Origin: Lingula anatina
Lineage: Eukaryota; Animalia; Brachiopoda
Assembly: GCA_051362555.1 (NCBI GenBank)
Contig: CM120641.1
Span: forward strand, 41,918,401-41,982,400
Reading direction: 5' to 3'
DNA: 64,000 nucleotides
Part shown: positions 12,913-25,800 of the stretch, piece by piece
How the letters are laid out: the number at the start of each line of letters is the position of its first letter
Position numbering within the stretch: the stretch's first letter is position 1
Program-made: the position numbers and the translations under genes
The notes under the pieces: model-generated
Told to the model about the DNA's origin: nothing
Database searches by the model: none
The model's input: the letters and a program-made list of their open reading frames with translations, nothing else

Positions 12913-13155
12913 ACTGCATGAGAAGAGATTGATTGAAGCTTGAAGGTGACAATGCTTGTACCATGTAACTTTTAGTTTATCAAAATATATTCTGTTAAGA
13001 TACAAAATGAAGTCGTTTCTTACTTTTCCGTGTGCAGACTTTAGACATAGAAACTGTTATTCTCTGAAGCAGTTTTACAGATAGCGTTGTCCAAAGATGT
13101 GAGCCCATAGTGCCCATCCCCGGGGGTTTTATTATACAGGGTCATTAATCTGGGG

Positions 13156-13329
13156 CCCGGTGTCATGTACCAGAAAGTCCCCCATGACAGAGAGTCCGCT
13201 TCCCATTCATTTGTACAGGTGAGCCTCGCCCTAGCTTTTGACCTTCTTAGGTCAAACTAACCCTAACCATGATAATTGTATGGAGGGCGGACTTTCTTTC
13301 TCACGAACTCTCAGTTTCGTGACACCTGG
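13156..13329. mobile_element. Small degenerate MITE-like element
   Basis: Imperfect TIRs GGTGTCATGTACCAGAAAGTCC / GAACTCTCAGTTTCGTGACACC, with an internal TAACCCTAACC. Confidence 0.4.
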
Positions 13330-15288
13330 ATAAGAAAAGAGGTCCTGCATAAGTAAAAAGGTCCCACACACATGTCTATACATTATGTAAGCAGCGTATA
13401 AATGGTATCGTACGTATGTTCCGGTAACGTATGTTAGGGGTCATGTCATTTTAATTTATGTTTACAATGCGTTCCAATATATTTTTTAATGATTCAGTAA
13501 TGGAAAAATATATATGACGTAATGTTTTTATTAATATTTAAACTGTACCTCTGGGGACTTGGCTAATACTATGTAATGCATGTTCCCTGGAAAAATTGTC
13601 AGAAAATTTCGTCTCGTCTAAGTATTTGGTTCAATAGGAAACAGGGTTTTCTGGTGCTGATCAAAAATATATATTGTAATTCTATGATAGTTTGACATTT
13701 CTGTTACGATATTTAGACCACTAATGGAAAACAGTTTATCCAATGCTTATTTTACAGTAGTTAGTCAGTAGGGTGTATCCCCCTCATTTTTTATATTTAG
13801 TGACAATTAAGCAAACCGAAATCGTTGTCGACTTATTTTCACGTGAAGATATCTTCTCTTTAAAAGTCCAAATGAGCTTGAAATGAAGTGTTTTTTTTTC
13901 AGGCGGAATGCATTTGCCAATAAAGGACCAATAAAGATCCAAAGGCCTGTACTGTTTTAATACACTGTAGTAAGGTGACTGGGCAGGTAAAGCATTTGGG
14001 AATTCCTATAGGCACCCTCGTTATTGTTGATTGAAGCGTTTGTTTCTAGACTCCCAAAGTATCAAAATCATCCTGTTTATTGAAGTAAATTGAAAAGATA
14101 CAAATATTTCTCTACAGAACCTGCTACAACCACAAAACTTCGATATTGACGTTGATGATATCATAGTTCACCAATTGCACGATATCTCAGTCTGATTTAA
14201 AATCTTGAATAAAAACTGATATTAAAGGTTCATCTACTAATAAATATGCCAGCGCTCGGACTAATCTGAAATAATCCATGTTGTTGCATTGAAATGAAGT
14301 AACTAAAATGACGTTTCATATATGGGAAATAAAAGGCGAGTGGTAGTAATGAGCAAGATGTTAAATGATTATCACGCTAAGTGGAAAAGGTGCGTTTTTT
14401 TCACACAATGTGTACTAGTGGATACAGTGGTTGTACAGTAGGCACGCGCCCCTTGCTTCGGCGAAACCCGCCCCCCCCCCCCCTTCATTGTCCATCAAAT
14501 GGCAGTTTAATAGGTATTCGACGAAACATGAACAAAAACGCACAATTATACAACATGTGAAAAGTACAATGCGGTTACAGCGTTTAACCCCCATTTAAAA
14601 CAAGTCAAGGAAATTCGACTCATTGTTGGTTATCAAGTCAAGTTGTTCGAAAAAAAACAAAGAGGCAAGACGCATTATAATCTAGTGCAGATAATCTTTA
14701 TTCTGGTAATTTTCTTATGACGGATAAATGCTAGTGTTGTATGTGTAGATTTTATACAGATACTCTAACATACGATTGCAGGCTACTAAAAATTCATCAT
14801 TTAGTGTATGTACTGGTAGGCCTCTAATAAGGTTGGTACAAAATTTTATGGTTGGTGAAATGATAAAAATATTAAACGTTTTTTACGCCTTCTATATATA
14901 TGCAAAAATGTTCAGAAAATGTTCCTCCAGTTTTATAAACTGCTGTAGAACATGAAGAAGTTTGCAGCGCTCACGTGACAACACCACTGGCATGACGTCA
15001 GAGAAGTAACACAGCATCTGAAAGTGACATTAGATAAAAAAATAATGCATAATTAAACAGTTCCTGACCCCCCCTCGATTTCAGAAAAAATCACACCAAA
15101 GGTCCCCTCTTGAAATTGGAATTTTGACTAGCTGAATTATACTTTTAAACCGTTCCAAATGGCACCATGCGTCGTCTACTATACCAAAAATTTACTGGAC
15201 CTTCAGTGGGCCCGAACCCCACGCCCTGGGGGAGGGGTCGGCTTAGCATCCGCAGACCCCCTTCAAATAATCCTAGATCAGTCCCTGT

Positions 15289-15353
<65 letters not shown>
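15289..15353. repeat. (TA)n(CA)n microsatellite
   Basis: Read directly; sits between two MITE remnants. Confidence 0.95.
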
Positions 15354-15355
<2 letters not shown>

Positions 15356-15897
15356 GACAAAAGAAGTGTCACCCCCTAACTCAGAGTAATAAAAGTAGGC
15401 AGATCTTGGGTACTTATTATGCCTGGTCTACTTATAATGTGACTAATGAGTATAAAACCGCTATACCATTGAATTGTATTGTTGGTCTTGTACATGTACA
15501 GCAAATGTTATTCCTGTCTTCCTCCAATATGGCAAGATACAGGCAATTATCTAACGGTTATAGGTGCAAGTTATTAACCTGAAGTGGCGGAATACATTGC
15601 TGACCGGCTGTCTGTTTACACTCATTCTCAATATTTAGGTCCATTTAGCATTTTTTAAAATTAAAATGAAACTAGTTGAAGAATTCTTTGTCCAAGTGGA
15701 ATTTTGCTAACATGAGTCCAGCAACTTCAATCACTAAAAATATTATTATATTTTTCTGTTTTCATACAAATATACCTAAACAGACTAATTTTTAAACCTT
15801 TGTTACTCTCGGTTTCCCAAATGGAGCTACTTATTGAGAATGAGTGTAAATGAAAAACCTGAAATCATTTAAATATCTATCATTTTATATTTTACCT

Positions 15898-16871
15898 TCA
15901 AACAACCGGTATTATAATACTAGGGGTGGTAGTACTAGTTGTTTTGATGGGACTAGTACACGTCCACAGGCCATCTACAAGCTGGCACTGGCTTCCTACA
16001 CCACATGGACTTCCTGTTTCCTCTATTTGGTTCGGTTCCACACACGTATACCAATGAGTACAGTTACGAGAGGCCCATGTGTCGCCTAACTGAAAGATAC
16101 AGGTCAAACAGCGTGGATATGTTGGACGTTTATCGTTTTAGTACAATTCTACAGTCCAGACGATGTGTGAAAGAGCTGCTAATCGATCATTAAATATTTA
16201 CTAATTTATAAAAGCCAATGCAATACTTTTTAAAATTCTTGGATTCAGGTGGTGATCCTTAAAGTCATTTTTAAATGTTATTACTTGAAATAACTTAAAA
16301 GTTATTCCATATCTGACCCATCCTACAAATTTCAGCAAACTTCAAATACAACTTTTTTAGTTAGGCTTGTGACAAACAAAAAGAGAGACCATCACGTTGG
16401 TTGGTGTTGATTTGCCTTATGAATGCAGCCATTCCGATCACTGAATTTTGTTTTTAAATATTTCTCTTTTTTAAATAGTGTGACACAGTCGTGATCAGGG
16501 TAAATTGCACAATGGTGCCCGGTGCCACTGAGAAGCAACAAATTACTATTTTTACTCAGCGGTAACACAACTTGTTCAAATTTGGCACGAAGTAATTTGA
16601 AACTAAACTCAACAAACAAAGTACTCCTAGATATAGCTGTTTGCAGATAAAAGTAAATTTAAAGGAAAGTATTGTTCTTGTAGGCCCTATAGACCTATCG
16701 AACTCCACCTGAATCAAAGTGTGGTTTACATCAGATGACAGTACGTCCGAACATTTATTTTTCAATTCTATTTATTTATTGGTCTTCAGACTGGACGTAG
16801 ACGTTTGGACGTTCTCACCTCCCATATACCTGTTTTAAGCACATGCATGATCATTTTAGAGAGCTCTTTGA

Positions 16872-16913
<42 letters not shown>

Positions 16914-19900
16914 AGTGGGGGAAGGGCGTGGAACTGGTTAAAATGCTTGTTTGGCGTTTTGAAAAACAGAAACTATCCTTTTTAAAAGATAAAACACAAA
17001 ATCAGGGTAAACAATGTAAGAAGGTTACCTGATGGTAGCCACCCTTTGCATCCTCACAACCACAACGGTCCCGAGGAACACACAGATGTCCACTACGGAT
17101 GTACCCGGCCAGACACTCGCATCCCTCTTGTGAAGCACATTGCTCGGAGCTCGGGGTGCCACAAGAGGCTGGACAACCAGTCATGCTTGCGTTATAACGC
17201 ATGTTGTATCCTACCGTATCACACACAGTCAACGCTATTCAAGGAAATAGAGAAAATATGTCTATGAAAAGAAAATAAGTCAATAAGAACTTGGTCATTA
17301 TCAATGCTGGAACTAAGACAGGAAAGAACAATGATCAATTTGTTTTAGAATCCCGAACAAGGCGAACATACACATTAAGCTGAAAATATTCAGTTCACGC
17401 TGTACATTATTGCCTCTACCAGTCTGTGTGTACCTTATACGTACGCAGTATACTGTCATTCTTGCAAATGAAGTTAGAAACAGCGGATTTAAGCAATCTG
17501 CTGACGTCTATTAACCGTTTTTAAACGTTTTCAGATTCCAAAACAATGAATTGATATTGTACTTTATTATCACTATAGCTGACGTGTTTGTCGAAGCTCT
17601 ATAAACTGAACAAACCAGGAGGACTGAGCAATTTACTGACATGTTCGCCGTCGCTATCACACGTTTACATTGTGACAAATTGATGACCAAATGACAGCTA
17701 ACTGATAAACTTACGACAATCTGTTACTTCTCTCCAAGCTCCAGGGAATACCCCGAGTCCTGCTTCTTCGCACGCTTTGGCATAGGTCTCAATAATACCA
17801 CACGCCACCTCATGCTGAACCTAAGTTATGATGGTTTCTCCGAATTTGAATCTCATTTTCAATATTAAAAATTCTATTATTAATTCTTAAAATTAAGTAA
17901 AGTAAATTAGTTAATTTTAGACGTAAAATATAACAAATCATCCTCAAATACATGAATGCATCCCATATATATATATATATATATATATAGTCTATCATAG
18001 CAGGAGATTTCAACCACACAAACCTGAAAAAGGGTTTACCTAAGTATTTTCAACATGTATCGTGCCATACTAGGAAAGATAAAACACTAGACCACTGTTA
18101 CACAACGATCAGGGGTGCTTATAAATCACTGAAACGACCACCATTGGATAAGTCAGACCACAACATGATCCATCTCGTCCCAGCATACAAACAACAGCTG
18201 AAGCGTGAAAAACCGGTACGTAGAGTAATTCATCAGTTTAGTGAGGACGCAATAGAACGACTTCGTGGCTGTTTTGCATGCACTGACTGGGACTTATTTC
18301 TCCGGGATTCAGCTGATCTTGATGAATGTGCTGAAGTGACAATGAGCTACATAAAATTCTGCGAGGAATTATGCATTCCGAGTAAAACTGTTACATCATA
18401 TCCAAACAACAAACCTTGGTTTTGTTCCTCAGTACGTAAACAACTTGTGGCCAGACAGGAAGCATTCAGATTGGGCAATTTGGACGCTATCAAGCGGTCA
18501 AAATATGACCTGCGCCGGGCCATCAAGCGCGCTAAGTTGCGGTATAGAGATAAACTTGAGGCAGACATCTCCAGCTGTAATTCTAGTGAGCTCTGGCAGG
18601 GAGTGAACAAAATCACCGGCTACAAACCTAATACCAAACTCTCAACCACGGATGACACCAGCCTACCAGACAAGTTGAATGAATTCTACGCCCGCTTCGA
18701 CAGACCAAATACTATATCTCCTATCATCTGTTCCCGAGATAAAGAAGCACCCTTCCAGCTGTCGGAAGAAGACACCCGGCTTGGTCTTATTAGATTGAAA
18801 GTTAAGAAAGCGGCAGGTCCGGATGGGATTACACCTAGGTTGCTGAAATTATGTGCCGATGAGCTGTCTGGTGTACTGTGCAACATCTACAATTGGTCTT
18901 TACGCTCTAGCTATGTGCCAAAAATATTTAAACAATCTGTGATAATACCTGTTCCAAAGCGCACGCCTGTTACCTGTCGTAATGACTTTAGGCCTGTAGC
19001 TCTAACTTCCATTGTTATGAAAGTGCTTGAGAAATTTGTTATGCAACATGTGAAATCAAAATTACCGACGTCCTTCGACCCTTTTCAATTTGCATATAGA
19101 AAGAACAGGTCGACGGAAGATGCTGTTGCTATTACTCTACATAATGTTCTTACTTTTTTGGATCGTAAAATCCCTAACTATGCAAGGTTACTTTTTATTG
19201 ACTATAGTTCTGCTTTTAACACGATATCGCCTTTTAAACTTCACGAAAAACTTATTAACTCTCTCCATTTTAGTAAATCACTAAGTAATTGGATTTTAAA
19301 TTTCTTAATTAATCGTACTCAAGAGGTCAAAGTCGGCAATAACTTTTCCAAGACTATAGAGATAAATACTGGCACGCCTCAGGGCTGCGTCATCTCGCCT
19401 CTCTTATATTCTCTGTTTACATCCGACTGTGTTGCTTCGTATCCTGATTGCTTGATTGTTAAGTTTGCGGATGATACCACCTGCGCTGGCCTTATTAGCA
19501 CTTCCGAGTCTGACTATCGAAATCAAGTTTCGGCCCTTGTTTCATGGTGCTCTGAAAACGACCTCGAGCTTAATGTTAAAAAGACAAAAGAAATTATTGT
19601 AGATTTTAGGAAAAACCCAACAGAAATTAGCCATCTTACGCTGAATGGTTCTGAGGTTGAAATAGTCAGACATTTCAAATTTCTTGGCATACATATATCT
19701 GATGATCTTAAATGGCACATTAACATAGATGATATTGTCCGCAAAGCTCAGCAAAGACTCCACTTTCTACGACGATTGAGGTCATTCTATGTCAACCAAG
19801 AACTGCTGCCAAAATTTTACCGGGCTGTGATTGAGAGTGTGCTAACACAATCTTTCACCGTCTGGTACAGTAGTGCTACAGTAGAGGACAAGAATCGCCT

Positions 19901-20229
19901 CAATCGCGTAGTAAAAACTGCCAGGCGCATTGTAGGCAGGGACCTGCCGTCTATTGAATGTTTGTATACGAGACGAGTGCTCAAGAAAGTAAAGTCAATC
20001 ACGAGTGACCCTGGTCACCCAGCGAATAGCCTACTTATGCATATGTCAACAAGCCGACTGCGGTCATTAAAAGCAACCTCCACGCGCACTAAGAATAGTT
20101 TTTATCCATCAGCAGTACGTGTTTTTAATGAACAAAATGTATTTTAATAATTCCACTGTATCACATTTTATCGACAGATCATACCAATTTTCATTTTATA
20201 TTTGTATAAATATGACAATAAATTATTAT

Positions 20230-20292
<63 letters not shown>

Positions 20293-23200
20293 GCGTGACA
20301 TACTAGTTAATCAGAGAGTAAAAATTTAGGGCGGGTCTTTCAGCGGACCCTTAGCCACGTCACAATTGCACTGCAGCAGGTGGCCTGGCTTAATAAGTTA
20401 ACCTACCTCTGGCAATGTTGCTTCATCTCCAGAGGCTGAGCAAACATCAACTGCACAGGACACGTAGTACTCCTCGGAATTCACAAGTGGACTTGTGGCA
20501 CAATTGCCAAACACGCCTTCAACGTTTTGAATGACATCACAGAGATTCGCTTCCGGACAATCTTCTTGCACAGCAGCTTGACGCTTTCGTCTCCTCCCAG
20601 CTGAGTCCTGGCACCTGAAGTGTGAAGGGCAACAAGGATGTGATGGGTTCTGTTTTCACCAAGTTTCTTAATAAATAAATGGAACCTAATGAAAAATACT
20701 AAGCATGATGTGTACATGTGCTTTCAGTATATTAGGGCCTACCAGAAAACTGACCAAGTAGTGGGTAGTGCAGTTAGACCAGGTCGAATTATTACTTGGA
20801 TTCTAAAGCAGCACAACGTGCAACAGAATGGCCTGACGCTATATAATAACTGCGCATTTTATTTATTGCATTATTTATTTATTATAATATATATTATTGT
20901 ACATGTGCATATACCTGCTGTGATAGTGGCGTATTGACAACAGCAGTTTCAATCCCATCTATAACAATTAATAGAATGTATGAAAATAAACAATAATTTG
21001 CATTTATCTTACTCGGGTCCGAGATCGGGATCTGGAACCATCCAACTCTCGCCAATCTGGTCGTACATGCCCTGGGTTTGTGGCGTTGGTGGCCAGGAAG
21101 GATCCTCATACAGATAGCCCACATACGCCCCGTCCTTCAGTGAGAAGTCATCGTCCGCATCACCGTTACAGGTGCCACACATACCGCACAACAACCCTCT
21201 ATAAGTTCCAGGAGTACATATGTAAAGCCGGCTGTCCCCCCAGCTGATTCTAACGCCGTAGTCGAATGTAAAATAAATGCGCTGGTTAATCAGACGCCAT
21301 ATTTTGACGCATCTTGCTATAAATGGATTGCACACTATAGTTACACCGCTGCCTAAGGGGATAAGTTCCCAATCACCAGTCTGAAACGTATGACAATTCT
21401 AATGTTAGATAAGTATGATAATATTATTTATGCAAACGTTACTCAGACTGGTACAAATATACCAGATATTCTATAGTTATTCAATAAAAAAAACTCTGCA
21501 AAACGTAGCATCGTATATCTTGACAAACTTACTCCTTGTGGCCATTTACTCCAAGTATCTGGGCATACAAAATATCACATACGTGTCAGTTAGACAAAGG
21601 TTTATGCTGTAAAGATAACTTTTGTATCACGACCTTTCGGTTGCTATGATTTTACTAAACGTATTATCATTATCATATTTTAATTCCTATTTTAAAACAA
21701 TGTTATGTTGGTCACGATAATCAATCAATCAAATCCAAAATTACTGCTTATTAAAGGTGGTAATCAATAATCGAATAGATATACTTCAATAAGGTTCTTG
21801 ATGTTTAAGCTTGTATTTTTCATTAAAGTACGAAGTTTGCATGGCTACACTGCTGTACATACTTATGCTAGTGTTTTTTGGAAATTGGTCAGCACTTTCT
21901 GACACCCCGGTAACCATTTTTCTAGAATGACAGGAAGTGCCATACTGGGATGCCTAATTTTTAAACCTTTTTATTTCAATACACACAATACAATATATGT
22001 AATACTAGAGTACTTACAGAAGCATTCAGACAATACGTTATAATATATCATCAGTAAACAAAAATTGCATTTGCCACAAAGGCGGTTGGTTTTGCCTACC
22101 CAAAGCTTTCTGTAAACCTGTGGTGGTGGCCCGAGCACAAACTTGAATTCCATTCCAAAAACCTCAACGTAAACTTCCTTTAACCAGGTGCGTTCCATGC
22201 TAAAATCGGGAATCACATAGTTGACCCCTTCAATGTTGAACTCAGTTAGTTCTGGGTGGTCCGCCGGATCGAAACACGTCTTCATGATGGTATATCTGCA
22301 TTCACCTTTTTTGGGAAACAAACGTATAATATTACAATTATTAAACACCATTACAGACACACGTTGAAGAATAGACCTTTTTGTTGAATGCTTAATTTAA
22401 TAGAAAAGACAAGTGATAATAAGTATTAAATATCAGTGGGAATATCTATCTATTCTTTCAGCGATTTTCATATCGGAATATTTGCCTCAATGAGAAGTGT
22501 AATTTGCAATGCCTCACCTTGATAATGGATTGACTTGCCATCGCACGTGTGATAGTGTGGATCCCCAGTTACGTGACAGCAACATGGAACTGCAAAGTAA
22601 AGGCAAGCGTTGCCCTTGAAATGTAGCACAGGTGGCCAATGGTAACATACATAGTAACGGGTGGACATGTCGGCAAACTGTCTATTAACTTTATATACGA
22701 TAACTCATGCCTCCAAAAATCTTATCTCCACAATGGTTTGTTAAATGGAAACTTTTTAGTAACAGTTTACAAAACGCTGTGATGTAAGCAGGGGCGGATC
22801 CAGGATTATTTGAAGGGGGAGCCGCGGATGCGAAACCGACCCCCCACCCCCCTTTGTTGTGAAGGGCCCCGAGAAATTTTGGTATTTTAGAGGGCGAACG
22901 GTGCCATTTGGTAAGGTTTAGAACTATAATTCAGCTAGTCAAAATTCTAATTTCAAAAGGGGACCATTGGTGTGATTTTTTCAGAAATCGAAGGGTAAGT
23001 TATTATCAAGTAAATGATGACAAAGCTATGTGGTCACATACCCCAGCTGCAGTCCACGTTACTGCAATGGTCTTGAGTGAGGAGGTCTTGATTCCAGCAA
23101 TTGTAATCTGCACACGGCATGTCAAACCCCCTGCGAGATGTGTCACACTGGATGAAACGTTTACAGCTCCACGGATGGGCAAAATAGTACTTGTCTGACG

Positions 23201-24265
23201 GCCCCAGAAAGCATATCAAATCTGAAAATATATATAAAATTTATAATAATAATATATATTAAATTTATCTGGATAAGGTTCTTTTCTTTTTTTTTTTTCA
23301 TGTACAGCGTAACATAAAATTTTAAATAAAAGTATATCGACATCATAAAAAAACCTCACTATGTACATGGATCTGACCTTTAAAAAGGCCTTGATGCGAT
23401 AACTCGGCAAATGAACTAAAGAAAATATTACAACTAAATAACGATACAATTTTTCATTTTTCAAAATCCATGTTAATGAGAATCGTTGTAAATAATCACT
23501 CAGTTGTGCTTGTGTAAGAGCCTCTGTCGTCACAAGAAGACAAATGAGGGCTGCAACGCCGGCTGCAAGTCTAAAGCTTAAGGTACCTGCACCCAAGAGA
23601 AAAAAAAACAGCTTAAGTAACACAATAGCAACATCTTAATGTCAAAGTCGGCATACCTTGGCTTTGGCAAAATACATTTGAAATATACAGGATGGTCCAA
23701 GGAGACCATTTTATTATCGCTTTCATTTCTACAAAAATGAACTCCGTTTCTGTATAAGATAAAGATCAGAAGATGCAGTTAAGGCTGAGAGACGTGCCTT
23801 TGGCAAACCATCAGTGACGAGGACAATTTCCGCGTAAGTGGTCACGTGAATAAACAAAACATTCGGTTTTGGGTTCAGGCTCAGCCTTGTGAGCATTAGA
23901 AAGGTATATGAAAAAATAGTTACGTTTTCTTTCATTAAAAAATGCTTTCTTTATAAACAATCAATAATTACTTCAATCATTATATACCCGATATCAAAAT
24001 GTATTCAAAAAGCGAGTTACTCCTGCCTTATGCGCAATATCAAAAACTAAAAAAATGTTTCTGATTCCATTGTGCAAAGTCTAATTGAAATCTATGAACC
24101 AAAATATGGATATTTTTAATAGTAATCTCCATAAAGTATAAGTATTAGTATAGGGTTTTTCCTAACATTGTTCTTAAAGCACAAAGGAATACCTGTTGCC
24201 ACCCTACGATTGAGTCCTCTGTACTCACAGTACAAGGAAACCACAAAATTATAGCACTTACCCAT
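15898..24265 (-). CDS. Paralogue B: secreted CBM14-VWD-C8-TIL-TILa protein, ~542 aa, 10 exons
   Basis: Exons 24265-24262, 23586-23500, 23221-23042, 22589-22518, 22305-22100, 21380-21013, 20614-20407, 17820-17715, 17234-17029, 16089-15898; total 1629 nt, in frame, all GT-AG. Same exon phases and motifs as A and C (TGDPHYHT, GRRRKRQA). Intron 7 contains the LINE. Confidence 0.9.
16874..16908. repeat. (TG)n microsatellite
   Basis: Read directly. Confidence 0.95.
17990..20235 (+). mobile_element. 5'-truncated LINE, Rex1/Babar-like, antisense within intron 7 of gene B
   Basis: Open frame from 17991 (IIAGDFNH..TRKDKTLDHCY..KSDH, the C-terminal half of an APE endonuclease) through RT (KAAGPDG, FRPVALTS, QFAYR, LFIDYSSAFNTI, GTPQG, KFADD) to YRAVIESVLT..TVWY and RTKNSFYPSAVR. 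AATAAA at 20217. (TA)n on both sides. Confidence 0.92.
18144..20147 (+). CDS. LINE ORF2 (endonuclease remnant plus reverse transcriptase), N-terminally truncated
   Basis: 667-aa ORF with complete non-LTR RT motifs. The frame stays open upstream to 17991, so the listed start is not the true initiator. Confidence 0.88.
   Translation: MDKSDHNMIHLVPAYKQQLKREKPVRRVIHQFSEDAIERLRGCFACTDWDLFLRDSADLDECAEVTMSYIKFCEELCIPSKTVTSYPNNKPWFCSSVRKQLVARQEAFRLGNLDAIKRSKYDLRRAIKRAKLRYRDKLEADISSCNSSELWQGVNKITGYKPNTKLSTTDDTSLPDKLNEFYARFDRPNTISPIICSRDKEAPFQLSEEDTRLGLIRLKVKKAAGPDGITPRLLKLCADELSGVLCNIYNWSLRSSYVPKIFKQSVIIPVPKRTPVTCRNDFRPVALTSIVMKVLEKFVMQHVKSKLPTSFDPFQFAYRKNRSTEDAVAITLHNVLTFLDRKIPNYARLLFIDYSSAFNTISPFKLHEKLINSLHFSKSLSNWILNFLINRTQEVKVGNNFSKTIEINTGTPQGCVISPLLYSLFTSDCVASYPDCLIVKFADDTTCAGLISTSESDYRNQVSALVSWCSENDLELNVKKTKEIIVDFRKNPTEISHLTLNGSEVEIVRHFKFLGIHISDDLKWHINIDDIVRKAQQRLHFLRRLRSFYVNQELLPKFYRAVIESVLTQSFTVWYSSATVEDKNRLNRVVKTARRIVGRDLPSIECLYTRRVLKKVKSITSDPGHPANSLLMHMSTSRLRSLKATSTRTKNSFYPSAVRVFNEQNVF
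23688..24074. mobile_element. Degenerate TA-inserted MITE in intron 1 of gene B
   Basis: Absent from the homologous intron of A (A reads TTTGAAATATAAGTCTAATT contiguously at ~10154-10173). Weak TIRs CAGGATGG..ACCATTTT / AAAATGTTT..CCATTGTG. Confidence 0.5.
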
Positions 24266-24460
24266 TTGGGCTGCCGTTTCCAGGCCTGGATATGTTTTTC
24301 ATCGCCGACACTGTGTATTTATACGTTTGCTGAACTGCTCAAAAAACGAGCGGCCTTGATTTTCAATTCTGGCCGGTTTGATATATGATAGGCGTTTGCA
24401 AAAACTGAAAGTTTGTTATCAAGTAAATTACCTAGTTAACCTAATTAATTAACATTAATT
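24266..24460 (-). promoter_or_regulatory. TATA promoter/5'UTR of gene B
   Basis: TTTATA at 24318-24323; nearly identical to the A block. Confidence 0.75.
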
Positions 24461-25239
24461 GAAATGATGATTTTTGTTTATGGTATTATTGGACTAATTT
24501 CATCAATGTATTTATATTCATTTATCTATACATTTTCAAGGGACATAAAGTATTACTTAGCGACCACCGTAATAAAAGCCCCTGTGTCAGAAAAGTAATG
24601 TTCTTATTAACAGATACAATAAGCTGAAGTAATTTTCAGTTAAGTTATAACTGAAGTACACTGGACAGTCAATGAAAAATTAAAATGCACAGAGGTGGAA
24701 GCTGCTTTATGTTTTGTCTCGTTTCTCTCGATTTTTACCAGTACATATTTAGGGAACAGGGAGAATGGAGAGAAGCTTCACACGGTGCCAACCCCTGGAT
24801 CTACTACCGCACCATGAGCTAGCACTTAAAACATTCAAAAGATAAAACACTATATCATTTAAAACATAATTCTAACACTTAAAACATAAATCTGCCCGCA
24901 GCGTTGCATACTAATTAAGCCATATTGAACGTGCTGTTCAGAACGTTGTCTGAGTAGAATCCATGTTTTTCGTTAATTTGACATCCCTGTTTTTTCACGC
25001 AGACAAATAGATTTATAGAATTGTTTTCGAAGCTCTCATCTTACAAATTTGCAATTCAATTCCATAGATATAAATCAGTGTCCTATAATTAAAAAATAAT
25101 TCAATACCTAAGTTTTTCAAGGCCGTGAATATTCACGTCCTTGGTTATTTTAAATAGCGCCCCAGGATAAACCACATCTACCACTTCTAAATTTAGTAGA
25201 CAGGGATTCAGCAGGTCTTAAAAATTTAAATCCACAAAT

Positions 25240-25800
25240 AGTACTTGCAAATGAAATCCACAGTAGCTCGGCAACGAACAAGGGGGAAATTTTGGAATTT
25301 TAACGTTTCCCAATTTGTTACATAATTCAACTCCATAATTAAACCAATTTGTCGAGTGCTTAACAGTACATGAGTATATTTAAATTTTTAACATAAATCA
25401 TTAAATCAACCTGCTGTAAAGTTTAACAGTACTTGCAAATGAATACACTGTAGCTCGGCAAAGAACAAGGGGAAATTTTGGAATGTTAACGTTTCTTAAT
25501 TTGTTACATAATTCAACTCCATAATTTAACCAACTTGTCGAGTGCGCAACATAACATGAGCATATATTTATATTTTTAACATAAATCATTAAATCAACCT
25601 GCTGTAAAGTTTAACAGTACTTGCAAATGAATACACTGTAGCTCGGCAACAAACAAGGGGAAATTTTGGAATGTTAACGTTTCTTAATTTGTTACATAAT
25701 TCAACTCCATAATTTAACCAACTTGTCGAGTGCGCAACATAACATGAGCATATATTTATATTTGAAACATAAATCATTAAATCAAGCTGCTATAAAGTTT
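25240..25800. repeat. 188-bp tandem repeat, ~3 copies
   Basis: Unit starts AGTACTTGCAAATGAA at ~25240, 25428 and 25616. It produces the near-identical ORFs 25401-25589 and 25589-25777. Confidence 0.9.

Noticed and set aside
18347-20002. Several minus-strand and alternative-frame ORFs inside the LINE
   Set aside because: Shadows of the RT ORF.
1754-24265. A and B as one long multi-D-domain mucin/FCGBP gene
   Set aside because: Each has its own TATA, ATG, signal peptide and in-frame stop.
25401-25777. Two near-identical 62-aa ORFs, or a possible CRISPR-like array
   Set aside because: They are by-products of a 188-bp tandem repeat with no unique spacers, no ATG start and no cas genes; the context is eukaryotic.
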